DNA from: Armatimonadota bacterium
GTDB taxonomy: Bacteria > Sysuimicrobiota > Sysuimicrobiia > Sysuimicrobiales > Kaftiobacteriaceae
Direction: 5' to 3'
Assembly (NCBI GenBank): GCA_037440005.1
Contig: JBBIUY010000011.1
Span: 1-64,000, forward strand
DNA length: 64,000 nt
This document shows positions 38,364 to 49,076 of this stretch, piece by piece; the stretch's first letter is position 1, and each line of letters starts with the position of its first letter. The notes under the pieces are model-generated. The model was not told the DNA's origin. It saw only the letters and a list, made by a program, of their open reading frames with translations, and did no database searches. The position numbers and the translations under genes were made by a program.

Positions 38364-40475
38364 ATGACCACGCCGCGCCCTCCTGCCGCCACGCGGCCTG
38401 CCGTGCCCGCCTCGCCCCCGTCCGGGCTGGACGCGCCGGCCCAGTACATCACGGGGGTGGGTCCCGCCCGCGCCGCCCTGCTGGCGCGGCTGGGGCTGCA
38501 CACGGTGCGGGACGTCCTCTTCCACCGCCCCCGGCGGTACGAGGACCGCAGCCGCCTGGCCCGCATCGCCGACCTGGTTCCCGGTCAGCGGCAGACCACC
38601 CAGGGGGTGGTGGTGGCGCTGAGCGAGAGGCGGCGCGGGACCTACCAGTTCATCGCCGCCCTCTCCGACGACACGGGGGTGTTGCGGGCCATCTGGTTCG
38701 GCCAGCGCTACCTGCGGCGGACGATCCGCCGGGGCATGCGGCTGATCGTCTACGGCCGGGTGGAGCGGGCCGGCGGCCTGCAGATGGTGGTGGACGACTT
38801 CGAGGTGCTCACCGGGGGCGAGGAGGACACGCTGCACACCGGCCGGATCGTGCCCGTGCACCCCGCCACCGAGGGGCTCAGCCCGCGGGCCCTGCGGACG
38901 ATCGTCGACCGCGCCCTGGCCCAGTACGGGGACCGGGTTCCGGAACTGCTGCCCCCCGACGTGCGCCGGCGGCACCGGCTGCCCGACCGCCGCTGGGCCC
39001 TGCGGTCGCTGCACTTTCCCGCGTCCCTGGCCGACGCCGAGGCGGCGCGGGCGCGGCTGGCCTTCGACGAGCTGCTGGTTCTGCAGGTGGGCGTCCTGAT
39101 GCGGCGGCGGGCGCTGCGGGCGGAGGACAAGGGAGTGCGCTATCCCGACCCGCAGGCGCTGCTGGACCGCTTCCTGGCCGCGCTGCCCTTCCCACTGACC
39201 GGCGCCCAGCGCCGGGCCGTGGAGGAGATCGCTGCCGACATGCGCCAGCCCGCGCCGATGAATCGGCTGCTGCAGGGCGATGTGGGGTCGGGCAAGACCG
39301 TTGTGGCCGCCGCGGCGTTGTGGCTGTGCGCGGCCGGAGGCTACCAGGGCGCCCTGATGGCGCCCACCGAGATCCTGGCAGAGCAGCACCACCGCACCCT
39401 GCGCACACTGCTGGACCCCCTGGGGGTCCGCGTGGTCCTGGTGACCGGCGGCGGGTCGGCCCGGGAGCGGGCGGCCGTGCGCGAGGCCCTGGCCTCGGGG
39501 GACGCCCAGGTGGCCGTGGGGACCCACGCGCTGCTGGAGGAGGGTGTGGTCTTCGCCCGCCTGGCTCTGGTGGTGGTGGACGAGCAGCACAAGTTCGGCG
39601 TGGCCCAGCGGGCGGCCCTGCGCCGGAAGGGGATGTCCCCGGACGTGCTGGTGATGACCGCCACCCCGATCCCGCGGACGCTGTCCCTGACCGTCTACGG
39701 AGACCTGGACGTCACGGTCCTGGACGAGCTCCCTCCCGGACGGGGGGACGTGCGCACCTACGTCCGCGGGCCGGACCGGCGGGCCCAGGTGTACGCCTGG
39801 GTGCGCGACCAGGTGCGGGCGGGACGGCAGGCGTACGTGGTCTGTCCCCTCATCGAGGAGTCCGACAGCCTGCAGGCCGAGGCGGCGGTGCGCCTGGCCG
39901 CCCGGCTGCAGGAGGAGGTGTTCAGGGACCAGCCGGTGGGCGTCCTCCACGGCCGGATGCGCGCCGATGACAAGGACGCGGTGATGGAGCGGTTCCGCCG
40001 GGGCGAGATCAAGGTGCTGGTGGCCACGCCGGTGATCGAGGTGGGGGTGGACGTGCCCCAGGCGACCATCATGGTGGTGGAGGACGCCGACCGCTTCGGG
40101 CTGGCCCAGCTGCACCAGCTGCGGGGCCGGGTGGGCCGGGGCGGGCAGACGTCTCACTGCATCCTGCTGGCCGGATCCCCGGTCGAGACGGCGGCGGCCC
40201 GCCTGCGGATCATGGAGCAGACCCGGGACGGTTTCGTGATCGCCCGGCGGGACCTGGAGCTGCGGGGCCCGGGGGAACTGCTGGGGACCCGGCAGCACGG
40301 CCTGCCCGACCTGGTGATGGCCGACCTGCTCACCGACGACGACCTCCTGGAGGCGGCGCGCGCCGAGGCCCGGAGGATCCTGCAGGACGACCCCGACCTG
40401 CGGTCACCCGCGCATGCCGCCCTGCGCGAGCAGGTGGTCCGCACCGTCGCGGCGGCCCTGGCGGGGGCGGGGTAG
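38364..40475 (+). CDS. recG: ATP-dependent DNA helicase RecG
   Basis: MNRLLQGDVGSGKT, DEQHKFG, MTATPIPRTL, QLHQLRGRVGRG. Confidence 0.96.
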   Translation: MTTPRPPAATRPAVPASPPSGLDAPAQYITGVGPARAALLARLGLHTVRDVLFHRPRRYEDRSRLARIADLVPGQRQTTQGVVVALSERRRGTYQFIAALSDDTGVLRAIWFGQRYLRRTIRRGMRLIVYGRVERAGGLQMVVDDFEVLTGGEEDTLHTGRIVPVHPATEGLSPRALRTIVDRALAQYGDRVPELLPPDVRRRHRLPDRRWALRSLHFPASLADAEAARARLAFDELLVLQVGVLMRRRALRAEDKGVRYPDPQALLDRFLAALPFPLTGAQRRAVEEIAADMRQPAPMNRLLQGDVGSGKTVVAAAALWLCAAGGYQGALMAPTEILAEQHHRTLRTLLDPLGVRVVLVTGGGSARERAAVREALASGDAQVAVGTHALLEEGVVFARLALVVVDEQHKFGVAQRAALRRKGMSPDVLVMTATPIPRTLSLTVYGDLDVTVLDELPPGRGDVRTYVRGPDRRAQVYAWVRDQVRAGRQAYVVCPLIEESDSLQAEAAVRLAARLQEEVFRDQPVGVLHGRMRADDKDAVMERFRRGEIKVLVATPVIEVGVDVPQATIMVVEDADRFGLAQLHQLRGRVGRGGQTSHCILLAGSPVETAAARLRIMEQTRDGFVIARRDLELRGPGELLGTRQHGLPDLVMADLLTDDDLLEAARAEARRILQDDPDLRSPAHAALREQVVRTVAAALAGAG

Positions 40476-40479
40476 GGCC

Positions 40480-41070
40480 GTGGGCGCGCGCGGCGTGCCC
40501 TCCCGCAGCCGCACGAGGGGTCGGACGGGGCCGTCCTCCCTGCGGCCGACTCTGGCCCGGGTGCGGGAGGCGGTGTTCAACGCTCTGGCGCCGCGACTGG
40601 CCGGAGCCCGCGTCCTGGACCTGTACGCCGGCAGCGGGGCGGTGGGCCTGGGCGCCTTGGCCCGGGGTGCCGCCCGGGCAGTCCTGGTGGAGCGCGACCG
40701 TCATCTGGCGGCCCGGTTGCGCCGCCGGGTCCGCCAGGAGGGGTGGGACCGGCAGGCGCAGGTGTGGCAGCAGGACGCGCTGACCGCCGTCCGCCGCCTG
40801 GCAGCCCTGGGCGAGCGGTTCGACGTGGTGGTGATGGACCCGCCCTACGGCCGCGGGCTGCTGCAGCAGACGCTGGACGCGGTGGCCGGGTCGGGCGTCC
40901 TGGCGCCCGGCGGCGTGGTGGTGGCCGAAGGACACTGGCGGGACCGGCCGGGGCCGGTGGAAGGTTTGCGGTGCACCCGGGAAGCCCGCTACGGGGAAAC
41001 CCGGGTCTGGTACTTCCAGGCGGCGGAGGGGTCCGGCGATGACGGTGGCGGTGTATCCGGGCAGCTTTGA
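40480..41070 (+). CDS. rsmD: 16S rRNA m2G966 methyltransferase (start uncertain)
   Basis: RPT..VREAVFN, LDLYAGSGA, DPPY; recG-rsmD-coaD synteny. Confidence 0.88.
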   Translation: MGARGVPSRSRTRGRTGPSSLRPTLARVREAVFNALAPRLAGARVLDLYAGSGAVGLGALARGAARAVLVERDRHLAARLRRRVRQEGWDRQAQVWQQDALTAVRRLAALGERFDVVVMDPPYGRGLLQQTLDAVAGSGVLAPGGVVVAEGHWRDRPGPVEGLRCTREARYGETRVWYFQAAEGSGDDGGGVSGQL

Positions 41071-41554
41071 CCCCGTCCACAACGGTCATCTGGACGTGAT
41101 CGCCCGGGCGGCGCGGGTGTTCGAGCAGGTGGTGGTGGCCGTGGCCCGCGCCACCGACAAGATGGCGCTGTTCCCGGTGGCCGAACGCGTGGAGATGCTG
41201 CGGGCGGCCACCGCCCACCTGCCCAACGTCCGGGTGGACAGCTTCGAGGGGCTGACGGTGGCCTTCGCCCGGTCGGTGGGCGCCGGGGTGCTGGTGAAGG
41301 GGCTGCGGGCGGTGGTGGACTTCGAGTACGAGCTCAAGCAGGCGGCCATGAACCAACGCCTGGCGCCGGAGCTGGACACGGTGTTCTTCATGACGGCTCC
41401 GCCGTATTACTTCCTCAGCTCCAGCCTGATCCGGGAGGTGGCGCGGCTGGGCGGGGACGTGCGCGGGCTCGTGCCCCCGGTGGTGGAGGAACGGCTGCGG
41501 GCCCGCCTGGGCTGCGGGGCCGGCGAGGGCTTATTGAAAGAGCCGGGCGGGTAG
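41039..41554 (+). CDS. coaD: Phosphopantetheine adenylyltransferase
   Basis: YPGSFDPVHNGH, GLRAVVDFEYE, LSSS. Confidence 0.95.
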   Translation: MTVAVYPGSFDPVHNGHLDVIARAARVFEQVVVAVARATDKMALFPVAERVEMLRAATAHLPNVRVDSFEGLTVAFARSVGAGVLVKGLRAVVDFEYELKQAAMNQRLAPELDTVFFMTAPPYYFLSSSLIREVARLGGDVRGLVPPVVEERLRARLGCGAGEGLLKEPGG

Positions 41555-41608
41555 GCCTATACTTCAGAGAGTCTTCGTCCCGCCCCGGCGGAGGCGGGAC
41601 CCGAGGGC

Positions 41609-42085
41609 ATGCGCGTCGACGTCGCGGGGCTGGAAAGAGGGCAGGTCCTGCAGGCGCCGTTCCACGAAAGGGTGGACAGCCGCGCCGACGACGTGGTGTT
41701 CGACGCCCCCGTGGTGGGGCGGGTGGAGGTGGAGCGGACCTCCCGGACGGTGCGCCTGCGGGGAACGGTGAGCACCACCACCCCGCTGGTGTGCGGCCGG
41801 TGCCTGGAGGGCTTCCGGCACGACCTCACGGTGGCGGTGGACGAGGAGTTCCTCATCGGGGCGACCGCCCGCGTCGGCGGGGAGCTGGGTCCGAAGGACT
41901 TCCAGTTTCCCCTGGGGCCGGACCTGGTCCTGGACGTCACCGAGGTGGTCCGCCAGCACCTGCTGCTGGCCCTGCCGATGGTGCCGGTGTGCCGCCCCGA
42001 CTGCCAGGGGCTGTGTCCGCGCTGCGGAGCCAACCGCAACCAGGGGCCCTGCGGGTGCCCGCGGGAGGAGGACGGCGCGGCCTGA
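41609..42085 (+). CDS. yceD: DUF177/YceD family protein
   Basis: CGRCL, CRPDCQGLCPRCG; upstream of rpmF. Confidence 0.9.
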   Translation: MRVDVAGLERGQVLQAPFHERVDSRADDVVFDAPVVGRVEVERTSRTVRLRGTVSTTTPLVCGRCLEGFRHDLTVAVDEEFLIGATARVGGELGPKDFQFPLGPDLVLDVTEVVRQHLLLALPMVPVCRPDCQGLCPRCGANRNQGPCGCPREEDGAA

Positions 42086-42128
42086 GGCGCCGCGGAGCGG
42101 CCGCCTCCGGGCGAAAGGAGGGAGAGCG

Positions 42129-42320
42129 GTGGGGATTCAGAAACGGCGCCGGTCCCGGATGCACGGGCGGCAGCGCCGGGCGCACTGGAAGGTGCCGGCC
42201 CTCGGCCTGGTGCCGTGTCCCAAGTGCCACGAGCCGATGCGCCCGCACCGGGTGTGCCCGTCCTGCGGCACCTACGCCGGCCGGCAGGTCCTCCCGGCCA
42301 GGGAAGCGGAGGCGGAGTAG
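42129..42320 (+). CDS. rpmF: 50S ribosomal protein L32
   Basis: KRRRS..RRAHW, CPKC..PHRVCPSCG. Confidence 0.94.
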   Translation: MGIQKRRRSRMHGRQRRAHWKVPALGLVPCPKCHEPMRPHRVCPSCGTYAGRQVLPAREAEAE

Positions 42321-42321
42321 G

Positions 42322-43401
42322 GTGCAGCCGCCGGTCGGATCCGGCTCGCCCGTGCGGATCGCCGTGGACGCCATGGGCGGAGACCACGCCCCCGCCGCGG
42401 TGGTGGCGGGGGCGGTGGCGGCCTGCCGCGACCTGCAGGTGGAGGTGGCGCTGGTGGGGCCCCAGGCGGTGGTGGAGGCCGAGCTCGCCCGCCACCGGCC
42501 CCTCCCGCCCGGGGTGCGTGTGGTGGACGCCCCCGAGGTGGTGGAGATGCACGAGTCCCCGGCGATGGCCATCCGGCGCAAGCGGCGGTCGTCCATCGTC
42601 GTGGCCGTGGAGCAGGTGCGGGAGGGGTACGCCGACGGGATGGTCAGCGCCGGCCACACCGGGGCGGTGATGGGCGCGGCGCTGCTGCGGCTGGGGCGGG
42701 TGCCGGGAGTGGACCGGCCGGCCATCGCCGCCGTCCTGCCCACCCTGGCCGCGCACCCGGTGGTCCTGCTGGACGTGGGCGCCAACGTGGACTGCCGGCC
42801 GCAGCACCTGGTGCAGTTCGCCCTCATGGGCAGCGTGTACGCCCGGCAGGTGCTGGGGATCGCCGACCCGCGGGTGGGCGTGCTGAGCAACGGCGCCGAG
42901 GAGAGCAAGGGCTCGGAGCTGACCCTGCGGACCGCGGCCCTGCTGCGGACGTCGGGGCTGCCCTTTGTGGGCAACGTGGAGGCGCGCGACGTCTTCTCGG
43001 GCGCGGCCCACGTGGTGGTCTGCGACGGCTTCGTGGGCAACGTGGCCCTGAAGTTCGGGGAAGGCCTGGCCCTGGCCATCCGGGACATCGTCAAGGGCGA
43101 GCTGCGCGGCCTGCGCGGTGCCCTGCTGCGGGCCTACCTGGCGCCGCTGGCGGGACGGGTGCGGCGCATGTACCGGCGCATCGACTACCGGGAGTACGGA
43201 GGGGCGCCGCTGCTGGGCATCGCCGGCGTGTGCATCGTCGCCCACGGCAGCAGCAACGCCCGGGCCATCCGCAACGCCATCCGGGTGGCGGCGGAGGCGG
43301 TGAGGACGCGGCTCACCGACGTCCTGCAGGCCCAGCTGCCCCGGTTGCTGGCGCCGGTGTCCTCTCCGGGCGGAGACGGCGCCCCCTCGACCGAACCCTA
43401 G
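42322..43401 (+). CDS. plsX: Phosphate acyltransferase PlsX
   Basis: IAVDAMGGDHAP, LDVGAN, CDGFVGN, YGGAPLLG. Confidence 0.95.
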   Translation: MQPPVGSGSPVRIAVDAMGGDHAPAAVVAGAVAACRDLQVEVALVGPQAVVEAELARHRPLPPGVRVVDAPEVVEMHESPAMAIRRKRRSSIVVAVEQVREGYADGMVSAGHTGAVMGAALLRLGRVPGVDRPAIAAVLPTLAAHPVVLLDVGANVDCRPQHLVQFALMGSVYARQVLGIADPRVGVLSNGAEESKGSELTLRTAALLRTSGLPFVGNVEARDVFSGAAHVVVCDGFVGNVALKFGEGLALAIRDIVKGELRGLRGALLRAYLAPLAGRVRRMYRRIDYREYGGAPLLGIAGVCIVAHGSSNARAIRNAIRVAAEAVRTRLTDVLQAQLPRLLAPVSSPGGDGAPSTEP

Positions 43402-43411
43402 GAGGCGCGCC

Positions 43412-44413
43412 ATGCGCGGATCGACCATTACCGGCATCGGCCGCTACGTCCCCGCCCGGGTCCTGACCAACCGGGACCTGGAGGCGATGGTGGACACCAC
43501 CGACGAGTGGATCGTCACCCGCACCGGCATCCGGGAGCGCCGCATCGCCGCCCCCGAGGAAGCCACCTCCGACCTGGCCCTGGAGGCGTCCCGGGAGGCC
43601 CTCGAGGCGGCGGGGGTGGAGCCCGAGCGGGTGGACCTGATCATCGTCGGCACCGCCACCCCGGACATGCTCTTCCCCGCCACCGCCTGCATCCTCCAGG
43701 ACCGGCTGGGGGCCCGCCGGGCTGGCGCCTTCGACCTGTCGGCGGCCTGCAGCAGCTGGGTGTACGCGGCCGCGGTGGCCCATGGCTACATCGCCAGCGG
43801 GCTGGCCGAGACGGTGCTGGTGGTGGGGTCGGAGACGCTGTCCAAGATCACCAACTGGAAGGACCGGAACACCTGCGTGCTGTTCGGCGACTCGGCGGGG
43901 GCGGTGGTGATGCAGCCCTGCCCGCCGGGGGAGGGGTTCTTGTCCTTCTACCTGGGCGCCGACGGCTCGGGGGGGTCGCTGATCCAGCTGCCGGCCGGCG
44001 GGTCCCGCATCCCCGCCAGCTTTGACTCGGTGGAGCGCAACCTGCACTACCTGCAGATGAACGGCCGCGAGGTGTTCAAGTTTGCGGTGCGCTGCATCCC
44101 CCGGGCGATCGAGGAGGCGGTGCGGCGGGCCGGGGTGGGGCTGGACGACGTGCGGTGGTTCATTCCCCACCAGGCCAACATCCGCATCATCGACGCCGCC
44201 GCCGAGCGGTTGGGCCAGCCCCGGGAGAAGTTCTTCGTCAACGTGGACCGCTACGGCAACACCTCGTCGGCCTCGGTGCCGGTAGCCCTCTACGAGGCGG
44301 TGCAGGAGGGGAGGATCCGTCCCGGCGACCTGGCGGTCCTGGTCGCCTTCGGGGGCGGGCTCACCTGGGCCTCCTGCGCCCTGCGCTGGACGATGGGGGC
44401 GCCCCGCAGGTAG
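43412..44413 (+). CDS. fabH: 3-oxoacyl-ACP synthase III
   Basis: AAC, LFGD, PHQAN, GNTS, FGGG. Confidence 0.95.
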   Translation: MRGSTITGIGRYVPARVLTNRDLEAMVDTTDEWIVTRTGIRERRIAAPEEATSDLALEASREALEAAGVEPERVDLIIVGTATPDMLFPATACILQDRLGARRAGAFDLSAACSSWVYAAAVAHGYIASGLAETVLVVGSETLSKITNWKDRNTCVLFGDSAGAVVMQPCPPGEGFLSFYLGADGSGGSLIQLPAGGSRIPASFDSVERNLHYLQMNGREVFKFAVRCIPRAIEEAVRRAGVGLDDVRWFIPHQANIRIIDAAAERLGQPREKFFVNVDRYGNTSSASVPVALYEAVQEGRIRPGDLAVLVAFGGGLTWASCALRWTMGAPRR

Positions 44414-44433
44414 CCGGGGGATCCGGGTCGCCG

Positions 44434-45393
44434 ATGCTCGCCTTCGTCTTCCCCGGCCAGGGCGCCCAGTACAGCGGCATGGGCCGGGCGATGGCCGACG
44501 CCTACCCCGAAGCCCGCGAGGTGTTCGCCCGGGCCGACGCCGTCCTGGACTTCCCCCTCTCCCGGCTGTGCTGGGAGGGACCGGAGGAGGATCTCGCCCT
44601 GACCGCCAACACCCAACCGGCGATCCTGGCCACCAGCCTGGCGTGCCTGGCCGTCCTGCAGGCCCGGGGGGTGAGCCCCCAGATGGCGGCCGGCCTCAGC
44701 CTGGGCGAGTACACCGCCCTGGTGTGCGCCGGCGCCCTGGACCCCGCCGACGCCCTGCGGGTGGTCCGCCAGCGGGGAGTGATCATGCAGGAGGCCGCCG
44801 CCGGCCGGCGGACGGCGATGGCCGCCATCCTGGGGCTGGACGCCGCCGTGGTGGAGCGGGTGTGCGCCGAGGCGGCGGCGCGGGGCGTGGTGGAGCCCTC
44901 CAACTTCAACGGCCCCGGCCAGGTGGTCATCGCCGGCGACGAGGAGGCGGTGGAGGACGGGATCGCCCGGGCGCTGGCGGCCGGCGCCCGGCGGGCGGTG
45001 CGGCTGGCGGTCAGCGCGCCGTTCCACACCAGCCTGATGCGGCCGGCGGCCCGCCGGCTGGCCGAGGTCCTGGCGGGCGTCCCGCTGCAGGACGCCCGCA
45101 TTCCGGTGGTGAGCAACGTGACCGCGTCCCCGGTGCAGCGGGCCGACGACATCCGCCGGCTGCTGGTGGAGCAGGTCGCCTCGCCGGTGCGGTGGGAGAT
45201 GTCGGTGCACGCCATGGCCCGCAGCGGGGTGACCACGTTCGTGGAGGTCGGCCCGGGCTCGACCCTGTCGGGGACCGTGCGCAAGACGGTCCCCGGGGCC
45301 CGGGTCCTGCGCGTGGAGGATCCCCAGACCCTGGACCAGACCCTGCGGGCGCTGGCGCAGGCGCCGGCGGGTCCGGGAGGGGCCCATGGGTAG
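44434..45393 (+). CDS. fabD: Malonyl-CoA:ACP transacylase
   Basis: FPGQGAQ, GLSLGEY, APFH. Confidence 0.95.
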   Translation: MLAFVFPGQGAQYSGMGRAMADAYPEAREVFARADAVLDFPLSRLCWEGPEEDLALTANTQPAILATSLACLAVLQARGVSPQMAAGLSLGEYTALVCAGALDPADALRVVRQRGVIMQEAAAGRRTAMAAILGLDAAVVERVCAEAAARGVVEPSNFNGPGQVVIAGDEEAVEDGIARALAAGARRAVRLAVSAPFHTSLMRPAARRLAEVLAGVPLQDARIPVVSNVTASPVQRADDIRRLLVEQVASPVRWEMSVHAMARSGVTTFVEVGPGSTLSGTVRKTVPGARVLRVEDPQTLDQTLRALAQAPAGPGGAHG

Positions 45394-46135
45394 GCTGGAC
45401 GGCCGGGTGGCGATCGTGACCGGCGCGTCGGGGGGGATCGGGCGGGCCATCGCCCTGGGGCTGGCCGCCGAGGGCGCGGCGGTGGTGGTGCACTACGCCA
45501 CCCGCCGCGAGAGCGCCGAGGCGGTGCGGGAGGCGATCACCTCGCGGGGCGGGCGCGCCGCGGTGGTCCAGGCGGACCTGAGCACGCCCGGAGGCGCCCG
45601 GGCCCTGGTGGCCGCGGCCCTGCAGGCGTTTGGCCGGGTGGACATCCTGGTCAACAACGCCGGCGCCCTGCGGGACACCCTGGTCCTGCGGATGAGCGAG
45701 GACGACTGGCGCGCCGTCCTGGACGTCAACCTCACCAGCGCGTTCTTCTGCACCAAGGCGGTCCTGCGGGAGTTCGTCCGCCAGCACAGCGGACGGATCA
45801 TCAACATCGCCTCGGTGGTGGCCGAGGTGGGCAATCCCGGCCAGGCCAACTACGTGGCCGCCAAGGCCGGCCTCATCGGCCTGACCAAGGCGGTGGCCCG
45901 GGAGGTGGCGTCCCGGGGGATCACGGTCAACGTCGTGGCGCCCGGCTACATCCAGGCGGGGATGACCGAGTCCCTGCGGGAGGAGCAGATGGCGGCCCTG
46001 CTGGAGCAGGTTCCCCTGGGCAGGGCAGGGAAACCTGAGGAAGTGGCCGCGGCGGTGGTCTTTTTGGCCTCGGACGACGCCGCGTACATCACCGGCCAGG
46101 TCCTCAACGTGGACGGGGGGCTGGTGATGCGGTGA
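45386..46135 (+). CDS. fabG: 3-oxoacyl-ACP reductase
   Basis: TGASGGIG, NNAG, GQANYVAAK. Confidence 0.95.
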   Translation: MGRLDGRVAIVTGASGGIGRAIALGLAAEGAAVVVHYATRRESAEAVREAITSRGGRAAVVQADLSTPGGARALVAAALQAFGRVDILVNNAGALRDTLVLRMSEDDWRAVLDVNLTSAFFCTKAVLREFVRQHSGRIINIASVVAEVGNPGQANYVAAKAGLIGLTKAVAREVASRGITVNVVAPGYIQAGMTESLREEQMAALLEQVPLGRAGKPEEVAAAVVFLASDDAAYITGQVLNVDGGLVMR

Positions 46136-46198
46136 CCCGGGCCCGGGGGTAGCGGCGAGACCCGGGGCGGGTACACTAGGATGGGGGTGGGACATCCG

Positions 46199-46450
46199 AT
46201 GGCGACGGTGTTTGAGCGCGTGAAGAACATCGTGGTGGAGCAGCTGGGGGTGTCGGCCGACGAGGTGTCCCCCGAGTCGTCCTTCGTGGACGACCTGGGG
46301 GCGGACTCTCTGGACGTGGTGGAACTGGTCATGGCCCTGGAGGAGGAGTTCGGGGTGGAGATCCCCGACGAGGCCGCCGAGAAGATCGCCACCGTGGGGG
46401 AGGCCGTCAAGTACATCGAGGCCCACCTGAGCGAGCACGCCACCGAGTAG
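46199..46450 (+). CDS. acpP: Acyl carrier protein
   Basis: [14 protein letters not shown]. Confidence 0.96.
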   Translation: MATVFERVKNIVVEQLGVSADEVSPESSFVDDLGADSLDVVELVMALEEEFGVEIPDEAAEKIATVGEAVKYIEAHLSEHATE

Positions 46451-46475
46451 GCGGACGGAGGACGGCGACGCGGCG

Positions 46476-47723
46476 ATGACCCGGCGGCGGGTCGTGGTGA
46501 CCGGAGTGGGGGTGGTGACCCCCATCGGCATCGGCAAGGACGCCTTCTGGGCGTCCCTGGTGGCGGGGCGCAGCGGCGTGCGCCGGATCCAGCGGTTCGA
46601 CCCCTCCCAGTTCGACACCCAGATCGCCGCCGAGGTCCTGGACTTCGACCCCACCGCCTTCATGGACCGCAAGGACGTCCGCCGCAACGACCGGTTCGTG
46701 CAGTTCGCCTACGCGGCGGCGCGGATGGCGCTGGACGACGCCGGCTTCGCCATCACCCCCCACAACGCCAGCCGGGTGGGCGTGCTCATCGGGTCGGGGA
46801 TCGGCGGGGCGGAGACCTGGGAGACCCAGCATCAGACCCTGCTGGAGCGCGGCCCCGGCCGGGTGAGCCCGTTTTTCATCCCCATGATCATCATCAACAT
46901 GGCCTCGGGGATCGTCAGCATCCTCACCGGCGCCCGGGGCCCCAACAGCGCGGTGGTCACCGCCTGCGCCACCGGCGGCCACGCCATCGGTGACGCCATG
47001 CGCATTATCCAGCGGGGAGAGGCCACGGCGATGCTGGCCGGGGGCACCGAGGCGGCCATCACCCCCCTCAGCGTGGCCGGCTTCTGCTCCATGAAGGCGA
47101 TGTCCACCCGCAACCACGAGCCCGAGAAAGCCTGCCGCCCCTTCGACGCCGGCCGCGACGGCTTCGTGATGGGGGAGGGGGCGGGGGTGGTCCTGCTGGA
47201 GGACCTGGAGCACGCCCTGCGGCGGGAGGCCCACATCTACTGCGAGCTGGTGGGCTACGGGATGAGCGCCGACGCCTACCACATCACCCAGCCCGACCCC
47301 GAGGCCGACGGCGCGGCCCGCAGCATGGCCAACGCCCTGCAGGACGCCGGGGTGGATCCCGCGGAGGTGGACTACATCAACGCCCACGGCACCAGCACGC
47401 CCTACAACGACCGGACCGAGACCCTGGCCATCAAGCGGGTGCTGGGCCCCCACGCCCGGCGGGTGGCGGTGAGCTCCACCAAGTCCATGACCGGCCACCT
47501 GCTGGGCGCCGCGGGAGGGGTGGAGCTGATCGCCTGCGCCCTGGCCATCGAGCACCAGGTCCTGCCGCCCACCATCAACTACGAGGTCCCCGATCCCGAC
47601 TGCGACCTGGACTACGTGCCCAACCACGCGCGGCCCGCGGAGGTGCGCACCGCGCTGTCCAACGCCTTCGGGTTCGGCGGGCACAACGCCACCCTGGTGG
47701 TCCGCCGGTATGACGGGCGCTGA
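46476..47723 (+). CDS. fabF: 3-oxoacyl-ACP synthase II
   Basis: [28 protein letters not shown]. Confidence 0.96.
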   Translation: MTRRRVVVTGVGVVTPIGIGKDAFWASLVAGRSGVRRIQRFDPSQFDTQIAAEVLDFDPTAFMDRKDVRRNDRFVQFAYAAARMALDDAGFAITPHNASRVGVLIGSGIGGAETWETQHQTLLERGPGRVSPFFIPMIIINMASGIVSILTGARGPNSAVVTACATGGHAIGDAMRIIQRGEATAMLAGGTEAAITPLSVAGFCSMKAMSTRNHEPEKACRPFDAGRDGFVMGEGAGVVLLEDLEHALRREAHIYCELVGYGMSADAYHITQPDPEADGAARSMANALQDAGVDPAEVDYINAHGTSTPYNDRTETLAIKRVLGPHARRVAVSSTKSMTGHLLGAAGGVELIACALAIEHQVLPPTINYEVPDPDCDLDYVPNHARPAEVRTALSNAFGFGGHNATLVVRRYDGR

Positions 47724-48570
47724 ACCCACGGCCGCGCCGGCTCCCCCCGCCCTCGCCCCCGACCGGGACGCTCAGCTGGCCGAGCTGGAAGCCCGGCTGG
47801 ACGTGCGCTTTCGGGACCGCCGGCTGCTGGACCTGGCCCTGCGCCACGGGTCCTACGCTCCGCCGGTGCCGGGCGAACCCCGGCAGAGCTACGAGCGGCT
47901 GGAGCTGCTCGGCGACGCGGTCCTCAGCCTGGTGGTGTGCGACCACCTCTACCACCGGTACCCGGAGGCCACCGAGGGGGACCTGGCCAAGCTGCGCGCC
48001 CGCATCGTCAGCGAGCCATGGCTGGCCCGCATCGCCGGCTCTTTGGACCTGGGCCGCTACATCCTGCTGGGCAAGGGCGAGGAGAAGGCCGGCGGGCGCT
48101 CCCGGCCGGCCCTGCTGGCCGACGTGCTGGAGGCGGTGCTGGGCGCGGTGTACGTGGACTCGGGGTACGGGGTGGCCCACGCGGTGGCCACCCGGCTGCT
48201 GCAGGACGCCTTCGACGCCCTGGAGGAACCCAGCGAGGACTACAAGAGCGAGCTGCAGGAGTGGCTGCAGCGGCGCGAGCGCCGCGTCCCCCGCTACCGC
48301 ATCCGCGGCCAGGAGGGCCCCGACCACGCCCGGGTCTTCGTGGCCACGGTGGAGGCCGGGGGCCAGATCCTGGGCGAGGGGCGGGGCCCCAGCAAGAAGC
48401 AGGCCGAGCAGGCGGCGGCCCGGGACGCCCTGCGCCGCCTTCTGCACCGGGAGGGGGCGCCCCGTCCCGCCGGGGAGCCGGTTCCCGCCGCCTCCGCCGG
48501 CCCCGCGGCGGGGGCGACGGCCGGCCGGAGGCGCGGCCGGCGGCGCCGGCACGGGCGGGGAACGCGATGA
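47710..48570 (+). CDS. rnc: Ribonuclease III
   Basis: [17 protein letters not shown], ds[18 protein letters not shown]. Confidence 0.95.
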   Translation: MTGAEPTAAPAPPALAPDRDAQLAELEARLDVRFRDRRLLDLALRHGSYAPPVPGEPRQSYERLELLGDAVLSLVVCDHLYHRYPEATEGDLAKLRARIVSEPWLARIAGSLDLGRYILLGKGEEKAGGRSRPALLADVLEAVLGAVYVDSGYGVAHAVATRLLQDAFDALEEPSEDYKSELQEWLQRRERRVPRYRIRGQEGPDHARVFVATVEAGGQILGEGRGPSKKQAEQAAARDALRRLLHREGAPRPAGEPVPAASAGPAAGATAGRRRGRRRRHGRGTR

Positions 48571-49076
48571 AGCAGCTGTGGGCCCCCTGGCGGCTGCAGT
48601 ACGTCCGGCAGGGGACGTCGGGGGAATGCATCTTCTGCGCCGCGGCCGGTGGTGGCGACGACCACGCCGCGCTGGTGGTGGCCCGGGGGAGCCGGTGCTT
48701 TGTGCTGTTGAACCGGTTTCCCTACAACAGCGGGCACATGATGGTGGTGCCGTACCGCCACTGCAGCCGGCTGGCCGACCTGGACGACGGGGAGGCGGCG
48801 GACCTGATGCGCTACACCGACTACAGCGTGCGGGCCGCCGAGCGCGCCCTCAGGCCCGATGGGTTCAACATCGGCGTGAACCTGGGCCGGGCCGCGGGGG
48901 CGGGAATCGCCGACCACCTGCACGTGCACGTGGTGCCCCGCTGGGTGGGCGACACCAACTTCATGCCCGTCCTGGGCGACGTGAAGGTGATTCCCGAGCA
49001 CCTGGAGCAGACCCGGCGCACCCTGGCGGAGGCCTTCGCGGCCGTGCTGCACGAGGCCGGGGAGGGCGGCCGGTGA
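48567..49076 (+). CDS. HIT family hydrolase / Ap4A phosphorylase-like
   Basis: LWAPWR, CIFC, NRFPYNSGH, HLHVHVVPRW. Confidence 0.9.
   Translation: MKQLWAPWRLQYVRQGTSGECIFCAAAGGGDDHAALVVARGSRCFVLLNRFPYNSGHMMVVPYRHCSRLADLDDGEAADLMRYTDYSVRAAERALRPDGFNIGVNLGRAAGAGIADHLHVHVVPRWVGDTNFMPVLGDVKVIPEHLEQTRRTLAEAFAAVLHEAGEGGR

Noticed and set aside
43412..47723. Type II polyketide cluster
   Set aside because: Standard plsX-fabH-fabD-fabG-acpP-fabF-rnc order; no chain-length factor.
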